Source: Nageia nagi
Lineage: Eukaryota; Plantae; Pinophyta
DNA length: 64,000 bases
Assembly (NCBI GenBank): GCA_050084985.1
Contig: JBITNC010000001.1
Coordinates: 139,810,001-139,874,000, forward strand
Reading direction: 5' to 3'
Position 1 is the stretch's first letter. Each line of letters opens with the position of its first letter. Both the position numbers and the translations under genes were made by a program. The notes under the pieces are model-generated. The model searched no databases. It saw only the letters and a program-made list of their open reading frames with translations, and had not been told where the DNA came from. Below are positions 13,416 to 26,277 of this stretch, one piece after another.

Positions 13416-15433
13416 AGGCTCCCTACTTAGTATGAGATCTGGGGAAGATTCTACTACTTATTCAAATACTCTAACAACTATATCTCTAAATTATTCTAAT
13501 ATCCCAATCAATAGGTTTTATGCTTTTAGATTTAAGAGGTTATATCTCTTAAGTGTATATCTCTATAGGAAACACCTACCACTTCTAGGTTTATTACTTC
13601 CTTATTTAAACCCATTGCTTATATTTGGGAACAAGTACCCTTGAGATACTTCCATATCCCACATGAATAAATATATATTAGTTTATCAACATTTTTCACC
13701 ATGCTAATGATCTCCCCACCCTTGGTACCATAAATTTATTTCTAACCAGCATCAGAAGACCTCCTTCTATCTATCATTGAGATAATGTAGATAATACCTT
13801 ATTACCACTTTTTTAATGATTAATAACAGCCTTTTAACATTAGATATTAAAATTGTTTAGACACTTTTTTCATACCTCTCTCCTTAGCCCAAGGATCTCT
13901 ACCCCTATCACTCTTGCTTCTTTAGAAAAGTCTCCTATTGTACATGGTGTTACATTTGATAACCATAAAAATTTATGTTGCACTATACATTTTGGATAAT
14001 GGATGACTCTTCATTTTAGTTCTACTCATCAACATCTTTTAGTTATCTTATCTCTTCTCTCCACTTCTCCTAGAGGGGCCCTTGCCTCTCGATATGATAA
14101 TATGAAGGTTACAATTTAGGGGTTCTTTTTATGTACACCTCCTTACCCCTTTATTTATTTATTTATTTGAATATTTATCAAAGACAACTTTCCTTGTAAC
14201 ATCTTTTTCATAGTTCTTTTCTACTTTATTGACTATACTCCTGCATCCCTTTGACCATATTGGTCACTTGTGGACATTACTTTAATTATCTTGTATTATT
14301 TATATATTTTAAGTTAGTTCAAATATTACTTGTAGGTAATACTACTATGTATATAGTTTTTATTAAAATTGTGTGAAGTCTTCAAGGCAAAATTATAATA
14401 TTAAGCATAAATTTCATAATTTTTATTCTAAGGTTTAATTTGAATTCACATTCATGACTACAACAAGCTTATTTTGTTATTCTCTTTATTTATTTTTAAA
14501 TATGTATTGTTTTTCTAATAATTATTATTTATTATTTAATATTTTTATAATTTAATTATTTTATATATTCATATAAATTTTTAATTAAAATTATTATTAA
14601 TTATAAGAATAATTATTTAAAGTTCTTATTAGGAGAAAAATGATGCATTAGTTACAACTTCCTATTTAGTCTCCTTTGAACTACAATAAGGTTGAAAATT
14701 CAAAGTGTGGTATACATTAAAAAGTGTTTTAGTATATAATGTTCATTATGATATGATTCTAAATACATTAAGATCAATTACATTGTAATTGTTATACATA
14801 AAAGAAAATTATTAAACATTAAGATCAATTGCATTGCAAATTGTTATGCTTAAGAGTAAATTGTTATTATGTATAATGCTTTGCCATAATAATTTAAAAA
14901 TAATTCAAATGTGCAATTGTAAAACTATATGATCTATAATATTTTATGAAAGTATCATTAAAAAAGATAAAATGCAATGAATTTTAATAAAAATAAGGTA
15001 TTAAATCTTACTTATCCTAGATGTTTCTCGCATTAAATCCTTATGAAATTATTATAATATCATCAATTAATTCTTTGTTATTTGAAAAAATTAAATATTA
15101 TTAAAGAATTCTTCTAAACTTAATTGTTAAAATAAATTAAAAATTGAAAAACTTATATATTTATTATTATTATTTTTAAAAATGTAATTTATAAAATTTT
15201 AATAAGCTTTATCTTAATTATTTTCAAGACTAGACTCTCAAGAGCTCAATTATTCTCTCTCCTCAACTAGATATGTTTTTTCTTTTTCTTCTTGACACAT
15301 TATTTTTTCGAAGAGAGATATTATGTAGATATTTAAAATAAAAATACTACTATTTTAGCTACTCGTAATCCTTTTATTCTTCATTAAATCGCTTTTGAGA
15401 TTCTTTTATTCTTCAGTTCCCTTGGATGGTACT

Positions 15434-15600
15434 CATTATCAATGTATACACTTCAAGGATACAATATAGAAATAACATAATTTTATGATTAATATTGATA
15501 AATTTAAATAAAATTGACTAACGCATTTATCAATGTATATACTTCATTTGAAGAGGATACAATATAGAAATAACATAATTTTATGATTAATATTAATAAA
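15434..15600. repeat. Local direct duplication, ~90-bp period
   Basis: TTATCAATGTATA..CTTCA...AGGATACAATATAGAAATAACATAATTTTATGATTAATATT occurs twice. Confidence 0.8.
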
Positions 15601-15999
15601 ATATATTTTTTAACAACATCGATCAAAATACTTTTTTTTTTAAGTTTTACACCAAATGATAAAATCTATATATAAAAGATATTAAAAAAATATTTTTTAC
15701 TTAGTGAGGTTTGATTTTTATAGAAGAGACTTTATCTATTAAAAGTATGTCTTCTACAAAGATTAATGTTAAATTTGTAATTAATATTTTCTAATTTATA
15801 TATAATAAATACCGTAATGAAACCCAAAAACTATTATCTAAAAAAATTACCATAATATTGATACATAATTCATATTCTTGTAATCTTAAAATAATTTTTC
15901 AACACAAGTATAAACGATCATAACTTTTTATTATATATTTTTGCTAACTTTATCTTCACTTTTATTTTAACATTTACAATATATCATGCTAATTAACCA

Positions 16000-17700
16000 A
16001 TTCCTTGGAAGCCATCAAACCTTCGCTCATTTGGAAAGGTGGTGGTGGATGCAAATGAGCTTCTCTTGCTTCTCTCAATAATTGGTAGTCTCCAATTATT
16101 TAGTTTTAGAACTTGCCCTTGGCTAACATTAATAAATGGGTTCAGGCAAAACATTATTTTAAAAAGAGATCTCTTCTATTTTTAACTTTTATAATTGTCC
16201 TTCGAAATATTGGTTCACATAGGAGTATTCCAAGCATATTCATGCTTTGAAGCATGAAGGCAAAGACACCTATGACATAGTGCTTAATTGCATGCCTTTC
16301 TCCTTATGGCCCAAGCTTGTTCAACATTCATAGTATCCATGGTAGATAGAATGGAAATGGTTTAAAGATATCCCTCTTTTTAAATACACAACTAAGCATG
16401 GTTACGATTGGATTTTGCCCAATTTACCCATGGTTCCCAAGCTCAATGAGTATTGAGATCTTTTCTCATCTAATGCAAGATGGCATTCTAGATTGAAGAT
16501 GTTAAAGGTTGCCAAGTATATGAACCCAAGCAAGCATTTTTCACTTAGAGTTTAATTTTCTAGGGCCTTCCTATAGGCCACAAACTCATACATTTAGGTG
16601 TGGATAATTATTTATGTCCTTTTTGTAGTGTAGGTGAGTCTATTATGAACCTTTTATGTTACTGTATCAAACCCCAAAAGGTGTGGAATTGGATGGAGTC
16701 TTTTTTTCAACCTTATATGAAGAAACCATTAACTTGGCTTAATAATATTTTAAGAGATTTTCCATATTTCTCTAAAATAATTGTAGAATTTTGGAATATA
16801 TTCAAGATTAGGATTTTATTCCATCTTTGAAAAGAACAAAATGCAGTCATTTTCTCTAGCAATTATCTTTTTGTAAATTTTTCTCTAACTGAAGAGCTTA
16901 TTATCTTTGATGATATTTGGTTTCAAATTAAAGAACAAGTCAACAAAATCACCTTCAAAGTCAATCATTTACAAGATTTCATTAGCCACTAGTGCAATGC
17001 TCTATGCTCAGTGACCCATTTTCCTCCAAAGCCTAAACATCAAGAGTGCTTGCAGTCAAGATAATTCCATCAAGCTCCCCTTGGAAGAGAGACTAAAGCT
17101 TATACTGTATGACTTAACAATGACCCCATGATGCAATGGCACCATATCCTTTGCTTGCATGAGGTGCTCATGGATGGGAGTCTCAACTTAGTTTCCCTCG
17201 TCAGCTTTTTGGATGGGATGATCAACTAGTACTTCTTATCATAATGATGGATGGGATGGATGGACTAATGGAGATGGAAGTGGTTGGCAAGCTCTAAAGA
17301 CCTCTGCAATTAATGAAGAAGGGGTGGCAACATATGGGTGGATCATCAAATCATTTATTGTTGAGCCCACACCAGATGATACAATGCCTTATTGGGACGA
17401 GATTTGTGAAACACATGATAATACCCATTAGATACAAATTCCTCAAAACTTATGGAAGCTTAGTGAGGACATAGTAGATCCTCTTACCATAATTAATGAG
17501 GTTACCATGACCTAGAACTTTCTTGACTAGTACTCCACCCATTTCTTAATAGTTTTAATGCATTTGATGGTGTTTAATGCTTTTACTGGTTTTTAATGTA
17601 TTCTCTTTTATGTTTGGATAACTAAGTTAAGTTGTTTTTTTCTTTCTTACCATATGTTTAGGTAGGGGGTTGCTAAGTTGATTTTCCTACTACATATTCA
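16000..17700 (+). mobile_element. 5'-truncated degenerate LINE (L1-like) 3' fragment
   Basis: ORF 16600-16830 has a zf-RVT-like motif, CPFC..ES..LLCYC...KVW.W. Boundaries are approximate. Confidence 0.55.
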
Positions 17701-18215
17701 AATACTATAATGTGCTATTTTGAGATTACAAATTTTAATTGATGTAACGATAAAAGCTAGAAATGCAACTTATCCATCCATTATATTTATATTTATATGA
17801 TTTAATTTTTATTATTTAATACAAACCTAATCATTAAATTTTTTTTTTTACTCAATTTTTACATAGTACATTATTATATACACCATATTGGTCGCATGGA
17901 TCTAGGAAAAGACACAGCAGGCTCTAATACGAAGGCGATGTTATGGCATGACTTACAAAGAATCTCAACCATTGTTTAATCACACTCTCCATAGATGCTT
18001 CAACTTATTTGTCATTGCCGCTCGGAAAGAGCATCACATTATTCTACAAAACAAAGAGTGAAGCATCTTTAGCAATACATATGACAAACCATTATGATGC
18101 TTAAAATACTACGCCAACATAGTCTACAATTGTGGGTAGAAAGGCGGATCCAGCCGAGTTTGGATAACTCTGAAGCCTCTGGTTAGTAGTACTTTGGAGA
18201 GTCCGTGAAGGGTAA

Positions 18216-18352
18216 ATGGAGTCGTTAGGAGAAGTGAAACACGTCATGTTTGTTAAATTCAAGGAGGACGTTACCCCTGCTAGAATCGAAGAGATGATGA
18301 AAACATTCGCCAACCTTACCAATCTCATAGAACCCATGATAGCGTTCCAATG
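18216..18352 (+). CDS. HS1: Stress-response A/B barrel (DABB) protein, HS1/POP3-like, exon 1
   Basis: Reads MESLGEVKHVMFVKFKEDVTPARIEEMMKTFANLTNLIEPMIAFQ(W). The donor TG|GTATGC is at 18353. It closely resembles the HS1 N-terminus (VKHV...FK....E.I.E.....NL.NLIEPM.AF.W). Confidence 0.93.
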
Positions 18353-18742
18353 GTATGCACCAATTCACTTTTATTCTTTTGAATCTTATAGTATTCTAGC
18401 GTGACTTATTATTAAGTACACAGGGATTTGAATGTTTCATTGGTTTAGATGGATTGTTCTTTGTGGTTATGATCGATACCATGTTCATAGATTATGGAGG
18501 TTTGAGATCTCCAAAAAAACAATCTAACAAAAAATGGAATTAGATTTTTTATAGAAATTTTGGGTAAAGGTAACTCTTTTGTAATAAGATAAAAAAGTAC
18601 TGACTATTCTACATCCTTCCATTGTATTTTTTTAAGGTGCTGGCTACTACACTGTAGAATTTACTTTTATCTTATTACAACACACAAGAACAAAATTTCC
18701 TTCCAAACAAAAAATGATAACTAAATATGGCTAGAGTCTATC

Positions 18743-18800
18743 AAAATAACAGAGAATTACAGATTATAGCTAAAATAACAGAGAATTACAGATTATAGCT
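18743..18800. repeat. Perfect 29-bp tandem duplication in the DABB intron
   Basis: AAAATAACAGAGAATTACAGATTATAGCT x2. Confidence 0.95.
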
Positions 18801-20632
18801 AAATAATGGTAGTGTCCATCAAAACAAAAATAGACTAACCCTGGCTGTGGGCTTCTAACGACTATATAGTGAAATTGCTAGGGAAACCAACAAAAAAGAA
18901 ACAGAGATATTGAGATCTTTGCCTTGCTCATCTTCTTTCTCTGGATCCCCGTTATCATCAGCGTCCATTATCTTCTTTTGAGCTTTTTCTGATAGCTTCT
19001 TCATCAAAATTCTGAAAAAGATTGACTGTTCTCTTCCAAGATATTACTTTGATGTTATCTTTTTCTGTTGCACAGCTCTCTATGCCACCAATCTTTTTGT
19101 CCTCCTGGGTTATTGTTTAATGCCTATTTCAACCTGAACCTTATGATTTTTTTCTAAAGATCTGCTGGATTCTCCAACATTCGCAGTATCTTGTTCAATT
19201 TTTATGTGTAGAGATGTCGCTTACCTTGGGTGCTACAAAGCCTTTTGGACCTCCTATGCACTTCAGCATATTCAATGGCCTTTTTCACAGGGTCTGCTAT
19301 CACATCACCTTCCTTTTTGACAACAGCCAACTTTGGAGTCCTTTAAGATGATACTGGAGGGCTAAATTCCCAGGAGTATGCTGATTTTACTCCTCCTCCT
19401 CCACCTTAGTTGTTTTCTCCCATCCGTCGTAGTTCTACGTGGAGCACTTATGCAAATAATCAGGAGGTCCTAGGTTAGAACACGAAAGGAAGAACAAGTT
19501 TTGTAATCTTTGGATATAAGCCTTTCAAAATTTGATATAAAGTAACCTGCAAGTATCATCAGCTTCCCTTCCATTCATAAATATTAAGCTTAATACCGTG
19601 AAACTGTTGGTCTCTTTATATTCTTATATAGCATTACAAGCACCCCAACGTTGATATTCAAACAGGTTGATTTTTTGCTGGTGTGGCAAAGGGCTTAATG
19701 TTTACAAATGCTAGCTAGGATGCTGAAGTTCGAAGCTTGGCTGTGGATAACATCCACCTGAAGTACATGTACTATTTGTCCAAAGCCACAGTGAAGCCTT
19801 TAGTGTTTGGATGAAAGCTGATAAGAGGAGGAATAGTATCATCATCAAAACCACATAAAAGCACACAGATCTTTGGGACGGCCATGGAGTAGTTCCATGA
19901 TGCAAAACAATCATGGGTAGAGTCAAACTATTTACATTACTTGATTGCAAAATATACTAGTTAAGTACATTAGTTACCTTTAGGATTGAATTTTTGAAAG
20001 TGGATTGGTTCTCTTGCTTGACAGGAATCCCACAATGAGTATGCAACATAATTATATGATAGAGGAGTAATCTTTTGTTTTCCTTCTGTTGTCAATTTGC
20101 ATGCTCAAAATGAGCATTGTGCATTTACGTTTTGCACATTTATGATAGAAATTTACACAAAAACGGAGATACATTTTATTAATCAGAACATGATTTAATA
20201 CATACCAAAAAATGGTGGTTGCTATAACCACTTGGACTCTAACTACCTCACACTAACCACTCAGATTGTAACTGAAGCTGAGTCATCTTATGTCAAGCTT
20301 ATTTCTAACAGTTAATATGTCAGAAATACTAACTGGCAATTCAATTTTAGCATTATCATTTCACCGAAAACATACATTTGACTTTTGCAGATAGAATACA
20401 GACTCCAATTCTAAATTAGTGCCAATCTTTGTATAAACACAAAAAAAAAATAATGAACATAAAAATGGTAGAAATATTATTTTGACACGAAGAAATTTCC
20501 AACAAACTTTCTTCTATATAACGATTGAAGTTGTCGAAAAAAAAGTAATGGAGGAATCTATTTGTATAGCAGAAAATGGTTTTGGCATATTTCTAGTTTT
20601 CAATGATTTGAATTTTCCCTTTGGTTTTTCAG

Positions 20633-20819
20633 GGGAGAGGATGTTAGTAAAGGAAATTTTCACCAAGGTTTCACCCATGTCATGGAGTGTACATTTGACA
20701 GTCTTGAAGGTCGTGACACCTATAATACCCATCCTGCTCATCATGAGTTTGGTAAGCTGATATTGGCAGCACTGGAGAAATTTGTTGTTATTGATTATAA
20801 ACCAGTGCGTGTTGTATGA
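20633..20819 (+). CDS. HS1: Stress-response A/B barrel (DABB) protein, HS1/POP3-like, exon 2
   Basis: The acceptor TTTTTCAG ends at 20632 and is phase-compatible with exon 1. It reads GEDVSKGNFHQGFTHVMECTFDSLEGRDTYNTHPAHHEFGKLILAALEKFVVIDYKPVRVV*. The spliced product is 107 aa, with a 2280-bp intron. Confidence 0.93.
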
Positions 20820-21902
20820 GGAAGATGAGCATTTTAAAAATATATTTGGACAATTAGTCATGTCTTCTGGATTTTTAAAAATAAATGACTGTTTCATGCT
20901 CTTTTGTTTTGAGATACACTTTTCATTTGAAGTTGGATTCTTGGTTTTGAAATAAAGAAATCATACATCAAAGTTATTAGAGTATTAGGTTTTGGCAGTA
21001 AGATTTTTTTTTTTTCGATGAATGGTTCAGTTTTCTATTTTTTGTTCAATTAGTTGAAATAAAAATTAGAGAAATAAAAATATATAAATAATAATATGAT
21101 TTGATATGATAGGATTGTAAAGCTTTGAAAATATTTCACAGTTTTAAGAAACAATTATGGTAGTTTTTAGTTGAGATTTTGAAGTCTTTACAATTCAATG
21201 GAGAATACAATGATTTTGTAGGATTGATTTAGCTAGTTAAAATTTTTGTAATCTTGAAATAAAAAGATAAACAAATAAATATTTGTATTATTTGTTTAGC
21301 AAAAGTTGCAAATATGCATTATAACTATTGATGAAATAGTAAAGTTAAATGAATAGGAAACAAGAGTTGTTCGACTATATGAATCTTTTTTCCTTCCTCC
21401 ACATTCGTTGTATTCAAATGAGATTCACTTCTTATATATTTGTCATGTAGAACAAATTTAAATTAAGGGCTTACTCTCCAAGGGAGTCATGAAAATATTC
21501 TAATATAAATTCTCAAAGTTAGAAAATTCACATTTGAATAATAAAATAGCTTGTTAATTGAGTTAGTTAACTAAAGAATAACTTTAACACTATTTTACAT
21601 GTAATTTACATAATACCCTTGTTGAAATTTGAGCAAGATTGAAGTAGAGTCTTTATTCATATTTAAAGAAAATAAAGGGTGATATGGACTCTTATCCCAC
21701 AAACATATGAAAACATCTAGCCAAATATGAAATTTAAATTACTAAAAATAAGTTTTCAATTTACATTGGAAATGCTTTTTAGAATCACACAAGCATAAAC
21801 CTATGTCAAATCTATAAGATTGGAAATATATTAAATCTTCATAAGGGTATGATATGATGACAATAAGATCTTTAAGTAGATGTGAAAACTTACCTCAAAA
21901 TA

Positions 21903-22347
21903 TGTTAGGTACTCAAATATGGATATTCTAGGTGTTTAATTATATGGTTCATCTTGGAATATGGAATAATCCTCTTTCCATTAGCCATATAATATATTAT
22001 GAAATCATTTATACTTTCTATGTTGTGTTAGTTATCTGGAGATAAATGTAGCTCAAATGGCTTTAAATAGTTGTAGGGTTATGAGAATTAGTAAGCAATG
22101 ATATTATTAGTAATATTTAGACTCATGGAGTAATCTTATAGAGTGTCTTCCTCTCAAAAATATTATCTTATTGTCATACCCTACCTTAAGAGTTCAAGTT
22201 CTATTTTTTCATATTCTTGGTTCAAATGTTATGAGTTATTCTTCAATTGATATTATGTGGTGATATTTTTCCTCTATTGATCTTCAATTCTATTATTTGG
22301 AGATAAATGGGATATTATTCTATTATTGTAATCTTGGGATCATAAAA
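21903..22347 (+). repeat. 5' LTR of the non-autonomous element
   Basis: Aligns with 33626-34075 (about 9 mismatches in the first 68 bp by eye) and is followed by the PBS. Confidence 0.9.
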
Positions 22348-23775
22348 AGTGGTATTAGAGCATTGATTTTGGCTACTTGTGGGAAAGAATATCAATGTTT
22401 TGGTAGGACTAAGTAAAATGATCATATATAACTCATTGATGCAATTTTTAAAATAAAAATTTGATGCTTTTTAGATAAACATTTTAGAAGTATATAGTTC
22501 CAATTTCAAAGCATTTGGAGATATACTACAAATTTAATTCTAATTTCATATTTCACACTAAATTCATCATATGGAGTGCACATAAGTGAGTCAATTTCTA
22601 AATTTGGATCACAAATTTTAGGTACATAAGGGAATAATTCATTCAAAACATTAGGTCATTTGGAGCTATATTGAATCACTTATGTGGAAATTAGGGCTTC
22701 TTTAAAAAATCCTAAATCTAGATTTTTTGGTAAAACATCCAAAGGTAAAATGTTCATAACATTTACATCAAATAATTCTTTTGATAAAATTTAAGATATA
22801 GTTATATATAACTTGTATTTATCTATAGTATAAATTTTAGATAATTTCAATTTAAGTGAGCAAATTTATTAGCAAATTAGGGTTTCCATTAAGTTTTCTT
22901 TTAAGGTTACAAAATGGTGAAACTTTTCATAATTTTTTACAAGAATATTAGAAAGTACATTTCAAAGGTTCTATAAAACATTTAGGTCTATTTCATTTAT
23001 TTTGAGAAAGATATAGCATTTTTATTTTTAGTCACAAAAAAGATACCCTTTTCCACCTCATTAGATGTATTTCTTGCAATCCTATAGGAATGAATTTGCA
23101 TATTTTTGTGTCATGCATGTATGAGATGAAGACTTTTAATTTTCTAGTTTCATTGATGTATTGCATGAAGAAATTAAGAAAAATGTATTGATGTGGACTC
23201 TACAAAATATGAAATAATCATATGGATTAGCATTGCTTGTAGAAGATACACTAGACCAAAAATGGCTATTAGGGGCATTTTTAAACCACCACTTAATATA
23301 TTGTTCGATGGTTATCTACCCTTCACTTATCAAGATGCCACCAAAAGTTCCCTCTCTATGATGAAGACTAAATACCACCAATATAAAGTGCTTGAAATTA
23401 TCGCTTATTGTAATAAAGAGGTGGTTATAAACTACATCTTTATTGACTAATGAGGGTGGCTTAAACCATCGTACATCTTGCCTCCTTATTCTTTTAAGTG
23501 GTGGTTTTAGCCACCACTTTATAATTTAAGGTGATGGTTTATAATTGCCATATATTATTCACATTTAAAAAAAAGAGGTGTAGCATGGAAGCATTCTTCA
23601 AAATGAAAGAATGCTTCCAATCTACATTATCCTTGATTACCCAAGGCACCTAAGCCCAATCATAGTGAGCCTCATTATGATGTTGGCTATGGGTTCCTAA
23701 AGGATGGCCCAATGGAGCTAATCAATCATCATTAATATATATATTATATGATGAAAAATAAAGGTATGTTCATGA

Positions 23776-24140
23776 TAAGTGCACCATATGATATGAAATG
23801 ATACAAATATACCAACATATGATATAAAATTATCTAAATACATCAACATATGATATAAAATTATCTAAATGCATCATCATATGATACGAAATGATCTAAT
23901 TACACTATATTGGTATGAAATGATGCTATTGTACCATATGCTATGAAATGATCCAAGTGTATGATATGATATGTGAAATGATACATGTACACCATATTAG
24001 TTTAAAATAATGCAACTGTACCATATGATATGAAGCCAACATATGACATGAAATTCATCTAAGTACACCATATGGTATGAAATGATGCAACTATTTCATA
24101 TAATATGAAATAATCTATGTACACCATATGATATGCAATT
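23776..24140. repeat. ~28-31-bp minisatellite inside the CACTA element
   Basis: About a dozen diverged copies of CACCATATGATATGAAATGAT..AA.T. Confidence 0.85.
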
Positions 24141-24748
24141 AATCAAATATGCTCTACAATTCTAATTATTGCTCAAATGATTTAAATATATTGTCTAATA
24201 CTTCTACTATAATATTCAATTTACAACAACTAAGTAAACACATCAACACTAAAGAAGCATTTAAAAAAAATTGAAATAGAACATAAAACTTGATAGACAA
24301 GCATGCAAAATGTAGAAGATGCATTATGCAGACACATTTTCATGCATATAGTAAGGATGCCAACTTACCACTTTTAGACTATTTTTTGGTTCTTAGAAAT
24401 TTTTTAAGTTAAACACTTGTTTTCATTGTTTAAAAAACTTTATGGGTTGACTAGTTGGTTTCCTTCTCCAAGTCAATTTTTGGATCATATGGTGTATTTA
24501 AATAATTTTATATATCATATCATAATTCATTTTGTAAAAACATTCTCATACCAACCAAATAATGAAAGAGCCCATAAGTGATAAGTGATACAAGTAGAGG
24601 CATAAGGTAGAGGAGAGGAAAGGCGAGAAGAGGTAATTGTAATTGTACCATATGATATGAAATGATATTTCCCTATAGACATAGGCATAAATGAAAAAAA
24701 TACTTTATACCATGTTTGGTAGGTGATTCTCAATATAGTTTTCACAAG

Positions 24749-24870
24749 CCACAACATTTGATTTAGAAACACCAAGTACACACATGCACACATCCAATTC
24801 AAGGTTTATGGGTAATTTGGTAATGAAGTTCAAATATCCTTTGAGATAGCATACACAACCAAGTAGGTTA
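24749..24870 (-). pseudogene. Inverted PPR S2/E1-junction fragment
   Basis: The minus strand reads LLGCVCYLKGYLNFITKLPINLELDVCMCVLGVSKSNVV, the same unit as the 111-bp array. A shorter inverted copy is at ~25995-26048 (LLGHASYLEGDLKFT). Confidence 0.8.
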
Positions 24871-26277
24871 ACAAATTTTTCATGTATAATGATTAATCCT
24901 ACAATTATAGGATATGCATAAAATGAAATACAATAGAAACTTTTAAGTAGATGCAATTATCATTTGTAAAACTAGGTACATGATGAAACACTATACTTTA
25001 TAAAAGTATCAAAAACTAGTACAAAAGTGGTAAGTTGGAAAAAATATGCTTGTAATATTTAGAAAATGTTAAATTTAGAAATTTAAATGCTATGTTGTAT
25101 TACCTCCATAATAATCATAATAATATATCTTTCCCCCAAGATAACCTATTCAAAACATCATGAAATAGATAAGTTAGGGTTAACTACATTTACAAGCTTT
25201 CAATAGATGTATCACCATTATGCTTTAGCATGTTAATAATGTTACCACATAACCTACTTGGATGCTTCAAATATATGATTTAGAATGATCCAAGATCACC
25301 ATATGATAATAAGTATGAACTTTTAAGGAGATGCAAGATGCAAGGCCTAGGAATTATTTGATAAGGTGCATGATGCAAAACACAATTTCATTATCTACAA
25401 CAATTGCAAGATACCTACTACAAAATGATATGTATGAAAAATCACATGTAATGTAAAATACAAAATAATATATGTTTCACTTATTCTTTTCATCACCTTC
25501 TTGGTCATACAACCTACCTTAAAAAAGCTTAATAAGATTCAAATATGCTTTACAAGCACCAAGTAGACATGTATTTTGATTTACAAGCACCAAGTAGACA
25601 CACCCACACACTCAAGTAGTACATTTTGAAAAAAATAAAAATGTAACATAAAATGTGATATATATGAATACAAAATATGGATGATGCATGGTTGTAGACA
25701 TAGTCCTATAGACTGCAATGGTTGGAGAAAATGCAATTCATGGCTACACCAAGGATGTTAACATGATGAACCACATGGTAACCACATATTTTTTCTATAT
25801 TTATCTAATTATTACAAGCATATTTTTACTAAATTATTACTTCTATATTAATTTTGGATACTTGGAAAATTTTGGGTTGAATAGTTGCTTTTCTTATCCA
25901 AGCTAGTTTTTAGAGGATATGGTGTATTTAAATTATTTTATAACACATCATATAGTGAAAATAAAAAAATTCATATTAAATCATATGGTGTATTTTGGAA
26001 GTGAATTTCAAATCTCCCTCAAGATAGCTTGCATGGCCAAGAAGGTTAATAATACATGCATAATGATTAATCCTACAATTGTAGGATATGCAATTTATGG
26101 ATACAACAAGGATGTGAATTTCATATGATGTATTTAATTCATTACATATTATATGTCATAATATAAATATAAGTATAATAAGATTCAAATATGCTTCAAA
26201 ATTATGCTCAAATGATTTAAATATGCTCTATTGTTTCACACATTGCTCAAATATTTCAAATATGTTCAACAATACTA

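Noticed and set aside
18101-18337. Minus-strand ORF over DABB exon 1 (also 20514-20897 minus and 20482-20760 plus over exon 2)
   Set aside because: Antisense or off-frame shadows of the real exons, with no recognisable motifs.
21440-21902. Older minus-strand gypsy fragment (VFHI-like integrase tail) into which the 21903-34075 element may have inserted
   Set aside because: Supported by only one short degenerate motif, and its continuation after 34080 could not be confirmed.
23776-24140. CRISPR-like array
   Set aside because: Units abut without unique spacers, are highly diverged, and lie in a eukaryotic transposon with no cas genes.
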